Counted from the whole stretch's first letter, positions 1-14,270 are shown. The stretch: 63,946 bases of DNA, filler included, from Octopus bimaculoides (GCF_001194135.2; 4 parts of 4 records of this genome joined end to end with filler, not necessarily neighbours in it), one strand, 5' to 3'. The notes: generated from the letters alone by a model not told the origin. Made by a program: numbers and translations.

Positions 1-101
<101 letters not shown>

Positions 102-237
102 ATATAACGTGTGTATGTATCAATATATATATCATCTATAGTTATATATGTATCTATATCTATACATGTGCGTATGTTTGTGTGCTTTTGCGTGTGTGTA
201 CATAGATAGATACATAAATAGATAGATAGATAGATAC

Positions 238-268
<31 letters not shown>

Positions 269-419
269 GATAGATAGATAGATCGACAAATATACATATC
301 ATACGAACCTGGAGAATTTTTGGTGAGCATGATTCTTTGAAAGAATGTGGATATCATATATAACACACACACGCATGCGCGCGCGCACACACACACGTAC
401 ACACACACACATACATACA

Positions 420-620
420 CATATATATTCATATGGAAAAAAGTCAAGGTAGAAAATGCTAAAATAATTTTATAAAAAACATTTCAGCACCGGTTTCACT
501 CATTGAGATTTGTTCAACTGTAAGTATGGAAAACAACTAAATTTGGGAAAATTAAAAGAAAAGTTTTTAAAAGAATATTTGGATAGTATTTAAATACAAG
601 GGGCATTTTCCTTGTTTCTT
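420..620 (-). mobile_element. Possible Penelope-like element terminal fragment with degenerate minimal hammerhead
   Basis: Minus strand 520-485 reads CAG TTGAACA AATCTC AAT GAGT GAAA CCGGT G CTG: helix I CAG/CTG, GAAA, palindromic helix III ACCGGT; core mutated. Boundaries approximate. Confidence 0.35.
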
Positions 621-1356
621 CCTGTCTCTGTCTCTCTTTTTTACTCTTGTGTGTTCGACACAACGACCTCGAAGCCACATGAGTAAAAAGAGAGGCAGAG
701 ACAGTCAGAAACAAGGAAANNNNNNNNNNNNNNNNNNNNNNNNNNNNNNNNNNNNNNNNNNNNNNNNNNNNNNNNNNNNNNNNNNNNNNNNNNNNNNNNN
801 NNNNNNNNNNNNNNNNNNNNNNNNNNNNNNNNNNNNNNNNNNNNNNNNNNNNNNNNNNNNNNNNNNNNNNNNNNNNNNNNNNNNNNNNNNNNNNNNNNNN
901 NNNNNNNNNNNNNNNNNNNNNNNNNNNNNNNNNNNNNNNNNNNNNNNNNNNNNNNNNNNNNNNNNNNNNNNNNNNNNNNNNNNNNNNNNNNNNNNNNNNN
1001 NNNNNNNNNNNNNNNNNNNNNNNNNNNNNNNNNNNNNNNNNNNNNNNNNNNNNNNNNNNNNNNNNNNNNNNNNNNNNNNNNNNNNNNNNNNNNNNNNNNN
1101 NNNNNNNNNNNNNNNNNNNNNNNNNNNNNNNNNNNNNNNNNNNNNNNNNNNNNNNNNNNNNNNNNNNNNNNNNNNNNNNNNNNNNNNNNNNNNNNNNNNN
1201 NNNNNNNNNNNNNNNNNNNNNNNNNNNNNNNNNNNNNNNNNNNNNNNNNNNNNNNNNNNNNNNNNNNNNNNNNNNNNNNNNNNNNNNNNNNNNNNNNNNN
1301 NNNNNNNNNNNNNNNNNNNNNNNNNNNNNNNNNNNNNNNNNNNNNNNNNNNNNNNN

Positions 1357-1396
<40 letters not shown>

Positions 1397-1824
1397 GATA
1401 TATAAATATATATATATAGATATATGTCATATGAATGCGATTTGTTATGAATGTCAGCATCTTTATGTTTAGAAATATGTAATAGTGATTCAGTTTACTT
1501 GGAGTATTTTCTCTTACAGTATTTTCGAATTTTGTTAGAACTAGCTCTGCATGATGTCAAGGTATTCGATGCTTCAATGCAACATTAAGTTTGTTTGCAA
1601 GTGGAGAAACCTACGATCGATACCTAGTTACACCTGGTGATTTAAAGATACTGTACTCCAGAAGACTACTAGACTGTTGAGTACGATTTTGTCCAATACG
1701 AAGCAATATATTAAATTTACAATCGAAATAGGCCATGACATGATGTGAACACGGGGCACTGTGATCTGGAAGAAATACCACAAGGAATTCGGTTCGACTC
1801 TTTTACGGTTCCATCAGCCTACCG

Positions 1825-1932
1825 ATAGGAAGTTGTCTAGTGTTTACTTCAGTGGGATTTGAACTCATAGCGCAGAGAGTCGGAACAAATGCCGCGATGC
1901 ATTCTAACAATATTTGAACGATCCTGCTAGCT
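1825..1932 (-). mobile_element. SINE family A, highly degenerate head
   Basis: GGGATTTGAACTCA...AAATGCCGCGATGCATT...AACGATCCTGCTAGCT aligns by eye to the reverse complement of the family A head. Confidence 0.45.
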
Positions 1933-2344
1933 AATTGTATAAATGTTAAGCGAAATCGAAATGTCCGTATTTGCAGCTACGAGTGCTTCTATGTACTTTC
2001 ATGAAAGGACCTTGATTCTATAAATACTTCGATGCTCTCGTCGATTCTTTTTCTTCATTGTCAAGAGTCACCTATAGACTCATTGACTCATTTGGCACCG
2101 AAACTAATGTGTACAGTTATACAATTGATCTCTCAAACAGCTGTACCTTTTTTTAAGTGTTGATCTCCGGACTTCGCTATTGTAAAAGAAAAAGAAACAA
2201 AAAAGAAAAAGAAAAACAAAAAAACATGCTTATCTTGAAATGATACTGCGAAATTAAAACAAAACTAATCTACTATGCAGTGGAAAACACTTTGAAGACT
2301 TCGAATAACTCATTTCTATGAATGCATCAGAGAAAGCTACCATA

Positions 2345-2614
2345 GGCACAGGAGTGGCTGCGTGGTAAGTAGCTTGCTTACCAACCACATAATTCCGGGT
2401 TCAGTCCCACTGCGTGGCATCTTGGGCAAGTGTCTTCTACTATAGCTCTCGGGCCGACCAAAGCCTTGTGAGTGGATTTGGTAGATGGAAACTGAAAGAA
2501 GCCCGTCGTATATATGTATATATATATGTATATAATTGTGTGTGTTTGTGTGTCTGGGTTTGTCCCCCTAGCATTGCTTGACAACCGATGCTGGTGTGCT
2601 TATGTCCCCGTAAC
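2345..2614 (+). mobile_element. SINE family B, 5' part (tRNA-like head, CORE-like segment, internal TA/TG microsatellite)
   Basis: Near-identical to 11696-12140; head GGCACAGGAGTGGCTGCGTGGTAAG, B-box-like GGGTTCAGTCCC, GTGGCATCTTGGGCAAGTGTCTT resembles the start of the CORE-SINE domain. Confidence 0.85.
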
Positions 2615-2682
2615 ATTAATTTTATTTTTTTATAAATTGATTTTGAGTCTTTACCTGTAATTTGGGATTTTGTCCCTAATAT

Positions 2683-2782
<100 letters not shown>

Positions 2783-2809
2783 AATTATGTGTATTTCTTC
2801 TATCTTAAT

Positions 2810-2905
2810 GAATAAGTCCCGGGGTCGATTTGCTCGACAAAAGGTGGTGCTCCACCATGGTCACATTCAAATGACTGAAACGAGTAAAAGTAAAAGAAAA
2901 GAATA
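2810..2905 (+). mobile_element. SINE family B, 3' part
   Basis: GAATAAGTCCCGGGGTCGATTTGCTCGAC...AAATGACTGAAAC..GTAAAAG matches 12195-12286. Confidence 0.85.
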
Positions 2906-3344
2906 CCTCATTAAAGAGTGGTAAACATCATAGGGGACATCAGGAGAATTATACTCTGAACTTCTGACATTAATCAGCCAGTCACCCTAGCAGCATTAGC
3001 GCTTCCGGTTCGAATGACTTATATCCCCAAGAAACGTCTATAAATAGTACCACTGTCAATCACTAACCAAAATAGCTCAGTTCTTCGCAGCTGATCCATT
3101 TATTCATAGACAGTTGTACATATGTTCATTAAATAAATTCGTAGAGTGCTACAGGATGCAAGTCTCCAATATTTAAAACTCTAATCCTTCCAATATGAGA
3201 TTATAGGTTTAAAACATTGTTTTTTTTTTTTGTTCTTAACATTTAATGCCATCCCGTTATTTATGCAGATAAAATTTACGTACATACGTTTTATTGTTTA
3301 CATATTTAATTCTATTTTTAAAATCGCCATCATTTACCGTCATC

Positions 3345-4011
<667 letters not shown>

Positions 4012-4324
4012 AATAGCGATGACATCAAGAATGATCCCAGGTTGTGTACAACGCCGAGGGGATGGACCCTACAAATGCGTGAGTGTGAAGTGAACTACTT
4101 ATACACATCCTTTACCTCCATTTATACATATCTATCTCTCTATTTATTTATCTGTCTGTCTGCCTGTCCGCCTGTCTGTCTGCCTGGCTGTCTATCTATC
4201 TATCCATGCATGCATCCATCCATCCATGTCTGTCTGTCTGCCTGTCTGAATGTGTGTATCTATCTGTCTGTCTGTCCGTCCGTCCGTCCGTCTATCTGTC
4301 TATCTCTCTCTGTCTTTCTCTGTC

Positions 4325-4359
<35 letters not shown>

Positions 4360-4402
4360 GTCTCTCTTCATCCGTCTGTTTGCCTTTCTATCTATCTCTC
4401 TT

Positions 4403-4477
<75 letters not shown>

Positions 4478-4869
4478 GTATACACACGCACATATAAGTG
4501 TACAGACTTATGTATAATACTTATGCATAGTACTGCTTACCTCTCAATTATAATGCCTTAAATGACCAGGATATACAAACACAATTATGGTGAAATATAT
4601 GTAGACGGAGTCAAATGAATCGCTTGTATGTTCATGTGTGTGCATGAGTGTGGTGGGAGAGAAAGGAGAGAGAGAGAGGGAGAGAAAGGAAAAAGAGGTG
4701 AGGGAAAGAGAAGGAGAGAAAGGAGTGCGGGAGAGAGAGAGATTGAATGAGAATTAAAGATATATATATAGAGAGAAAGAGTGATATAAAGAAGTTGAAA
4801 GATATGCATAGAAGTATACATACAGTGAAGAAGACAAAGAAATCAATACCGAAAGTAAGATACTGAGAA

Positions 4870-4881
4870 ATAGACAGAGCA

Positions 4882-4925
<44 letters not shown>

Positions 4926-4926
4926 G

Positions 4927-4986
<60 letters not shown>

Positions 4987-5038
4987 CAACAGGACAGAGA
5001 AACAGACAGTCCAATAGATAGATGGATAAATAGCTAGC

Positions 5039-5089
<51 letters not shown>

Positions 5090-5090
5090 G
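4870..5090. repeat. (GATA)n microsatellite within GA-rich low-complexity DNA
   Basis: Direct reading. Confidence 0.95.
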
Positions 5091-6569
5091 TGAGTAGAGT
5101 GAGAGTAGAGAGGGATAAATTCGGAGAGGAAGAAAGAGAAAGAGAAAGAAAAAGATGAAGCGGGAGAGAAAGAGAAAGAGAGAGAGGAAGGGAGAGAAAG
5201 AGAAAGAAAAAGATGAAGATGGAGAGGAGGGGAAAGAGAGAGAGAGGAATGGAGAGAATGAGAAAGAAAGAGCTCTCCGTTTATTACCTTGTGTTCGTCT
5301 ATTAATTTTACTCAGTTTCGCCAGCACAAAACTCTTGACGACTTTACGAGCGAGAATTTTCCCAATCAGAGAATCTTTTAACGTGGCCGACCACAATAGA
5401 TTCCTACCATTGAATTACTCGCGAAGTCGCAAAGATATCGGTGAACGCCTAAGCAAAGTGCAAATTTATCTATTAGAGAAAATATATTTATGACAACATA
5501 AATTCTATGAAAACACAGAGATTGAAAAGTGGCCATTAAAATATATTCTGAGATATAAGTAAATGTAGCAAGAATTATAATGGCGGTACGAAAGAGTGGG
5601 GGAAGGGATGCAGTGAGAAAAGGAGAGAGGGGAAAGAAAGATGGGGAGAGGGAGAGTGGCTAGTAAATGTCTCGTGATTCAGAAACATCAAGTCTTGTTT
5701 AAACCCAGCAACGTGTCATAAATGCCGTCAAATATGGTCATCATGTGCCTTCAGAGGTATACAGAACACACACACACACGCACACCCACACACATACACA
5801 CACATATATGCGAATCACAACGCACATCCATATATGGACGAATGCATATATTGCATGTATAAACACGCACGTGTTTGTATATGTGTGTGTTTATGTGTGT
5901 GTGTGTGTGTGTGTGTACCCATTTATGTATGCATGCTATTTGGATATACACATATATGCCGTCATAAAAGAAGCGGTTATATGTACGAGTGGATCTTGTA
6001 AAGTGAATATGCCCTGCGTGTGCGTATAAATATTCATATATATATGTATGTATATGAACATGCGTGTCTCTGAGAGAATGTGTGTATTGGTGTGTGATTG
6101 TCTGTCTTTGTATTTCGATATACTGGCATGTATATATATATGCGCACTCTCATACATATACTCCGCCTGGTCAAAAGTCTGAATACAAAGATAAAATCTA
6201 GTATTTCCCTAAATATGTTTTGATGAAAAGATAAAACCTAATTATTTACTAGTAATTTCTAAGTAACGAATTTAATAACTTTTTACTATGTATGAGTAAT
6301 ATTATTTCATCATTCTACCGCATGTTTTATTTACTTACGGCTACATCAACATTAAAAAAAATATTTTATAAAGTTGTCTTTTAAAGAAAAGAGCACTAAT
6401 TTTTCTTTTGGATTCCTGTTCAGAATATTTCTTTTTAAATTCTGAAGACAGATGGTGACAAATAATTTTGCAGATTAGACAGTTTTCGTGCCCTAAATAT
6501 TCAAACAGTTTCATCACTCTCTTGTTTCACTACGTACTTACATTAGATATTTATCTTGAATCACAGTTC

Positions 6570-6915
6570 CTAGCAGCAAGGATGCTACGAATGACCGTGG
6601 GTACAAATAGTAACTTCAAATGAGACCAATGAGCATCTCTATGGAAGCCTTCCAAAAGTGACTAACAAGGCGTGAGAACGATGTCTCCGGTTATCAGGTC
6701 ATTATATGCGGCACCAGGAAGAAGACGTATGAAAACGTGTTCTCTGGGTCCCCTAACATGGTATCGGAAAGCGTAGGAGACGTCGTCTGGCATTTATCGA
6801 CAACCTAATGGGCCACACAGGAACAGGATTGGATTCTATCTATGAACTGCAAGTGACGATCATGAATCGAGATGTTTGGTGAAATGGCTTTGTCGGAGCC
6901 CTACCAAAGTAAGTT
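6570..6915 (+). mobile_element. RTE-like LINE (RTE/RTE-X/Proto2-type) 3' ORF fragment, pseudogenised
   Basis: Manual translation across stops and a frameshift: RMLRMT...TNEHLYGSLPKVTNKA*ERCLRLSGHYMRHQEE..KRVLWVP*HG..RRRRLAFIDNL..TG..MNRDVW, typical of the post-RT C-terminus; ends AAGTAAGT. Confidence 0.6.
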
Positions 6916-7680
6916 ATAACAGCAGGAAAATGCTGCACTGAGCTAATAATACATCATTTATGGAATTCAGTAACAGGATATCTAACGAATTAATCTAAGA
7001 TTATTGCAGATAATCCAGGCTTGTCGGAAATTTTACAAGCATTATAAAACTTCAACTAACGGACACTGGCATCAAATCAATATAAGTGATCAAACATTTA
7101 TTGAGCACTTTGCTTCTAATGCCCCTATTATTCCTCGTCAAACACTATATACATTCCTAGGAATACACTTGCAAGAGTTAAGTACTATCCATCCATTATG
7201 CTATAGAAGAACACATGTTAAAAGGCAAGAACTGCTTTTTCTTTTCAAGATAATACCATAAAGAAAAATTAAACTTATCGGGTTATTCTGAAGTAGATTT
7301 CACTTACTCATACGATCAACCATAATTGTGCTATATTCCAACACGATCGTGTACAGTGTCATTTTACAAACTGGCTCAGAAAACCGGCTTAGAACTAGCA
7401 ATAATACTGGATTTAACATGGATAATCTCATTAACCTTCCATGATAGAATCATATAATAAATAGAAAATTTCAGCTTATAAGTTTTCATCCATTGCGATT
7501 TTAAAATGGAATATATATACCGATCGTAGTCACACAGGAGATAGCAGCTGATTACTGTAATAATTTTCTTGAAACGTTGCCCAATTGTATTGATGCTGCA
7601 TCAGAGACAATGTGATATCGTGCAAGGTGTTAAACACTATAACCTTTTATAATTGCTCATTGGTAAACTGTTCGAATATT

Positions 7681-7887
7681 AGTTTCAAATTTTGGCACAA
7701 GGCCAGTAATATTGAGAGATGGAGTAAGTCAATTGTATAGACCCCAGTCGACATTTTACTGACCTAGAAGGGATGAAAGGCTACAAAATGGAATTTGGCG
7801 GCATTTGACCTCAGAACGTAAAGAACGGACGAAATTCCACAAAGTATTTTACTCGGCGTGCTTACGATTCTACCACCTCGCCGCCTT
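7681..7887 (-). mobile_element. SINE family A (tail type 2)
   Basis: GTTTCAAATTTTGGCACAAGGCCAG...GATGAAAGGC...CTCAGAACGTAAAG...CTCGCCGCCTT. Confidence 0.85.
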
Positions 7888-9478
7888 AAATTCTTCTATT
7901 ATTATCATATAAATTACATACTTATCTTTTCATGTATATCATCATTTACTGTATAAAAATAATATTTCATTAGGGTCAGAAAAATATATTAACAAATAGT
8001 ATAAACCATTCTACTATATCTTAACTTTAACTCTACTGTATAATAACTTCCTTTTGCAGGCCACTTAGCATTGTAGCGGATCCTCCACCATCTCGTTTTA
8101 GTGATGTTTTCATTGTCTAGACTTAGATTATTTATTTTGAGCAGGCCTTAATAAATTCACTACAGTCTAGCGTGGTGGACCGATAGAAATTTTAGTGTCA
8201 CAAGTAATATTATGCAGTATTTCTTCTGGGACATTGTGCTACTTGGGTAGAAAACGTAAACGTAATTCATTGCCCTTTTTATCACCACTATTTGGTCCTT
8301 GAATATGTTTAGCAGAATTCACTCTGTTCCCAGTAGCATCCGGACCAAGTCTCCGGTATGAAGACACATTCCTTTCTCCCTTCCTCTGATTAAGAGATGA
8401 AACAAATCTAAAACTAGAGTACATCCTTATAAAACCATTATTCATTTAATAGAGAAGCTCCACATTAAGAAATTACCAGTAACTAAAAATTACTTTTCGA
8501 TAAGGCCTAGAAAGGGATCAGATCAAGTAGTAAGTATTTTCTATTGACCGACTTATCATTAAATCTAATTAGAATTCAACTATTGAATTGATGTTTCCGT
8601 ATAATATTGTTATGCAAACTGTGCAATGCGAATGTCTGATAGCAACGTTTTTCTGGAATATCTGTATAATAGGAAATGCATTATTATTTTGTAGTCATTG
8701 ATCCACAGTTTCGAAAATATTATGACTCTATAACAATATGTTGCATATACATACAGGAATTTAGATCCTATTACGGTGGGAACACGAAAAAGGAACCAAC
8801 ACCACCACCACCGCCACGACGATGAAGATGACAACGACGACGACCACCACTATAAACCACCACCGCCACCACCACCAACACCACAATTATCAACACNNNN
8901 NNNNNNNNNNNNNNNNNNNNNNNNNNNNNNNNNNNNNNNNNNNNNNNNNNNNNNNNNNNNNNNNNNNNNNNNNNNNNNNNNNNNNNNNNNNNNNNNNNNN
9001 NNNNNNNNNNNNNNNNNNNNNNNNNNNNNNNNNNNNNNNNNNNNNNNNNNNNNNNNNNNNNNNNNNNNNNNNNNNNNNNNNNNNNNNNNNNNNNNNNNNN
9101 NNNNNNNNNNNNNNNNNNNNNNNNNNNNNNNNNNNNNNNNNNNNNNNNNNNNNNNNNNNNNNNNNNNNNNNNNNNNNNNNCCACAACCACCACCAACAAC
9201 AACAACAGCAACAGCAACGACATAGGCATACGTGACATAGCAAGGAGAACGAGACAAGGGCATTATCCAGTCACTTGAGACGTGAACTTTATGTATTGTT
9301 TTGCCTAAATATTTTGGAGAAGTATTCATGTAATATCCTGAATCCACAGGGGGTCTTTCTGGGGGCGGACTGTTTGAGGCAGGAGAGGCGCCGTCAGGGT
9401 GTTATTGTTTCGGTGTACCTCCTTTATATTTGTGTGTGTGTGTGTAAGTATATGTGCGTGTATATATATGTATGCATA

Positions 9479-9513
<35 letters not shown>

Positions 9514-9608
9514 GTATTCATTTATATGTATATGTATTTACTTATATTTATGTAAGTATGCAGTTATGTATACGAATATTTACATGTGTGTGTATTTATG
9601 TATCAGAG

Positions 9609-9658
<50 letters not shown>

Positions 9659-9996
9659 TATGTACGTACGTCTGTATATATGTATGTATGTATGTTTGTA
9701 TGTATGTATGGATGGATGGATGGATATGCTCATGGATGTTCATATGCATATTATTCAGGGTCTTTACTTTCAAATTTTGACAGATAGATAAGAAAAAAAA
9801 AATGATGTCGAACCAAGACACAAGACATTTTTTGTCGTCGGAATTTAGACGTATATGCATAGCTCTTTGCCTGTATGCACGTACGTATGCATGCATGTTT
9901 GAACAAGTACGTGTAATCAAGTGTGCGTAAGCAATAATGAATATATATGTGTACATACATGATACACACACACAAACACACATATATATATACGTG

Positions 9997-10037
<41 letters not shown>

Positions 10038-11166
10038 ATGGGACAAAAACGCAGTAGAGGACAATAAAACATTCGGACAGATAGACGATACAAGAGCGGA
10101 CAAGAGAAACAACAATTAGAAGGACATGCAAAGCATCCGCGTCATTCGTGGCCCCCTTTCCTCAGTCAGGTACCAGAGGTCACGACCGTTCATATATATA
10201 NNNNNNNNNNNNNNNNNNNNNNNNNNNNNNNNNNNNNNNNNNNNNNNNNNNNNNNNNNNNNNNNNNNNNNNNNNNNNNNNNNNNNNNNNNNNNNNNNNNN
10301 NNNNNNNNNNNNNNNNNNNNNNNNNNNNNNNNNNNNNNNNNNNNNNNNNNNNNNNNNNNNNNNNNNNNNNNNNNNNNNNNNNNNNNNNNNNNNNNNNNNN
10401 NNNNNNNNNNNNNNNNNNNNNNNNNNNNNNNNNNNNNNNNNNNNNNNNNNNNNNNNNNNNNNNNNNNNNNNNNNNNNNNNNNNNNNNNNNNNNNNNNNNN
10501 NNNNNNNNNNNNNNNNNNNNNNNNNNNNNNNNNNNNNNNNNNNNNNNNNNNNNNNNNNNNNNNNNNNNNNNNNNNNNNNNNNNNNNNNNNNNNNNNNNNN
10601 NNNNNNNNNNNNNNNNNNNNNNNNNNNNNNNNNNNNNNNNNNNNNNNNNNNNNNNNNNNNNNNNNNNNNNNNNNNNNNNNNNNNNNNNNNNNNNNNNNNN
10701 NNNNNNNNNNNNNNNNNNNNNNNNNNNNNNNNNNNNNNNNNNNNNNNNNNNNNNNNNNNNNNNNNNNNNNNNNNNNNNNNNNNNNNNNNNNNNNNNNNNN
10801 NNNNNNNNNNNNNNNNNNNNNNNNNNNNNNNNNNNNNNNNNNNNNNNNNNNNNNNNNNNNNNNNNNNNNNNNNNNNNNNNNNNNNNNNNNNNNNNNNNNN
10901 NNNNNNNNNNNNNNNNNNNNNNNNNNNNNNNNNNNNNNNNNNNNNNNNNNNNNNNNNNNNNNNNNNNNNNNNNNNNNNNNNNNNNNNNNNNNNNNNNNNN
11001 NNNNNNNNNNNNNNNNNNNNNNNNNNNNNNNNNNNNNNNNNNNNNNNNNNNNNNNNNNNNNNNNNNNNNNNNNNNNNNNNNNNNNNNNNNNNNNNNNNNN
11101 NNNNNNATATATACATGTGTGTATGTATATAGTTATACATGTATAACTATATATATATATATGCAT

Positions 11167-11250
<84 letters not shown>

Positions 11251-11695
11251 GTGTATGTGCGTGTGTGTGTGTAGCAAATATGTGGACAAAGCATGAACGA
11301 CTAAGAAGCTTGTTCTGCAAACGCATGGGTTTCAGGCATGTAAGTGGCGTTTTTGCTAATAATCTTTGACAATTGGCTTGTTTCAAGCCAGACTTTGTAA
11401 CTAAAATCGAGCCGACGGAATCTATTCGGGAGCCTTTTGGGTGTCTCTGTAACTCCACCAGCGCTGTCACACGTTTTGTCGCATTCATGGTTCAAGACAT
11501 TTACGTTGTTAGTAATATCTGTCTTTGGATTACTCGATCGAGTTGACTCGAATTCTATAAACGAATAGATCTGTTCCTCAAAGAATTGAGTGCTGAACTC
11601 CGAAGCCAATAGAGAAGGATTTTAATCTATGATATACGTATATGGATCTATATGTGATAGGATAAATAGTTAAGGATTATGTGATTATGTCATAT

Positions 11696-12017
11696 GCGCA
11701 GGAGTGTGGTAAGTTGCTTACCGACCACATTGTTCTGGGTTCAGTCCCACTGCGTGGCACCCTGGGCAAGTGTCTTCTACTATAGCCTCGGGCCGACCAA
11801 AGCCTTGTCAGTGGATTTGGTAGACGGAAACTGAAAGAAGCCTGTCATATATATTTGTATATATATATATATATGTATGTNNNNNNNNNNNNNNNNNNNN
11901 NNNNNNNNNNNNNNNNNNNNNNNNNNNNNNNNNNNNNNNNNNNNNNNNNNNNNNNNNNNNNNNNNNNNNNNNNNNNNNNNNNNNNNNNNNNNNNNNNNNN
12001 NNNNNNNNNNNNNNNNN

Positions 12018-12056
<39 letters not shown>

Positions 12057-12286
12057 GTATATGTGCGTATATGTTTGTGTGTCTGTGTTTGTCCCCCCAA
12101 CTTCACTTGACAACCGATGCTGGTGTGTTTACGTCCCCGTAACTTAGCGCTACGGCAAAACGAGACCGATAGAATAAGTACTAGACTTACAAAGAACAAG
12201 TCCTGGGGTCGATTTGCTCGACTAAAGGCGGTGTCGTAGCATGGCCGCAGTCAAATGACTGAAACAAGTAAAAGAGTAAAAGAGTA
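11696..12286 (+). mobile_element. SINE family B, full length; assembly gap inside its internal microsatellite
   Basis: Head GCGCAGGAGTGTGGTAAG to tail (GTAAAAGA)n; homologous to 2345-2905 and 31552-31720. Confidence 0.9.
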
Positions 12287-12549
12287 TTCGTGACTCTGCC
12301 AAACCAGCGTCCATCGCAGAGAATGGAATTCCTCCTCCTAGACATTGAAATCACGCAGCGGCCCGAATCGGACCAAGAAAGAAACTTTATATTGCATCTC
12401 GACCCTCGAGATACAGTGGCCAAATTTACTCACATCACACCCGACTGTCTCAAAAAATCGAAACAAACATTTAGTTATACGAGAGAAAAAAAAATCTGAA
12501 TCGGAGCTACAGCACCTTCGCCGAAGAAAGAACCATGTAAGCTATATGT

Positions 12550-12882
12550 TAATGGTTTTCAACTAGGTTCCATATGCCCCTTGAGGGTACATATAAGAAT
12601 TTTGGAGTCCCACCGACAAAATAGTAAATTGGGGATCTACAATAGTATTTGAAGGGTTCATGAAAAAAAATTTGCTTTAGGTCTATTGGTATTTACTACA
12701 AGAAACAGGTTTCTTTCTCAAACGTTTTACGTAGCTCAACCTACACAAGTTCATGTGTGAAAAACAAAATAAGGATTTTGAAATAAATTCCTATATAACT
12801 AGTTTTTAAACATCGAATGGCTATGAAGGTCCACCAGAAGAAAATAGTAAGCAAAGGGGTCCATAGGTGAGAAATGGTTGGG
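12550..12882. mobile_element. Degenerate hAT-like MITE
   Basis: Left end ATGGTTTTCAAC, right end GGGGTCCATAGGTGAGAAATGGTTG resemble CAGTGGTTYTCAACC-type hAT TIRs; no TSD resolved. Confidence 0.4.
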
Positions 12883-13755
12883 GTGTTATGTTTTCGCTTG
12901 AACTGGAAGAAATAACAACTGACTCACTAACTACGTACAATCTACTTTCTTTTTAAGATACACTGTCTGGAAAAAAAAAAAACTTACAGGATTATCATGA
13001 TTAGGATTTTCCTGGGGCTAAACAGCAAAGTAGAGCATGTCCCTAGAATGCCCATACGCTGAGATATTGTTTTATTTGGCAAAATAGTGTTGTCAGTCCT
13101 CCCTATGGTTAAGAATTACGCCTGGTTCAATTCTACATAACAACGGCAATAGCCGCGGCTGCTGCAACATCAGCAACAACTACAACAGCAGAAACTCCTC
13201 CTCCTCCTCCTCCTCCTCCTCCTACTAGTTCACCGTATCAGGCTTGCAAATGCCTGAACACACATCCACGTCTTTCTTTTTAACGTTACTAATAAATAAC
13301 ATTGTAATTCGTTCAACAAGATTTTTGGTTTCGTGATTTTCTTTAAATTTTTTTATATTTGTTTAAGACCCAGCCGGTTACTAAAATCTTTATGGTGAGT
13401 TGGAGGAGTAAATAAAGAATTAAGCAAATATAAAGAGAGTTTATCAGCTAAATTGCAATGGCAAGGAAGAGAAAAAATATGCTGGCTTTAATGCAATGTT
13501 ATGTCATGAAATGCAAAGCAAACAACTTCTAAACCAAAATCTATTAAAAGTTTTTTAAAAATGGAAACTCAGTAGAGTATGAATGATGAGTTTGAACTTT
13601 ATAAAGAACAGTGAAAACACTGGATATGTTTCGGCCTTATCAGGCCTTCTCAGCAAAATATAAGCTACCTCGTGCATATCAGAATTTATTTTGACTGAGA
13701 AGGTTAAATATTTTCTGTGCAAATGATATTTAATAATTAGGCATTTAAAAATAAT

Positions 13756-13969
13756 CATTTCTCATCTAAGCACACGGCTCGAAATTTTGGTGGGAGGGGA
13801 GCCAGTTGATTAGATCGACCCCAGTACGTAATTTATGCCTAATTTATCGACCCCGAAAGGATAAAAGGTAAAGTTGACCTTGGCGGAATTTGAACTCAGA
13901 ACGTAAAGACTGACGAAATACCGCTAAGCATTTCGCGCGACGTGCTAACATTTCTGCCAGCTCGCCGCC
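13756..13969 (-). mobile_element. SINE family A, full length with 19-bp TSD
   Basis: Flanked by TTAGGCATTTAAAAATAAT (13737-13755) and TTAGGCATTTTAAAATAAT (13970-13988), one mismatch. Confidence 0.92.
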
Positions 13970-14270
13970 TTAGGCATTTTAAAATAATGACATGGGAAAC
14001 TTTGCTTAGGGTTGCTTGAGAGAAGTGGAAGGAAATTCACCTAATGTAATGAGACAAATTATTCAGTCAATATAAATTACACCCAGAATAAAAAATGAAA
14101 ATCATTGGTATTGATGATAATTAGGATAAAAAAAAGGCACGGGGAGTAACTCCGAAATACATTTTGTTTTTAAAAATTGAACAGAGGTATATTGTGTAGA
14201 ATGAGCTAACTGATTGCGAATTGAAAACTTTTGCAATATTTGTTGCTATTCTTAGTGTTGTAGTTGCTTT

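Noticed and set aside
1520-1561. 42-nt micro-exon candidate YFRILLELALHDVK (TTTTCTCTTACAG| ... AAG|GTATTC)
   Set aside because: Plausible splice signals, but too short to distinguish from chance; no family match.
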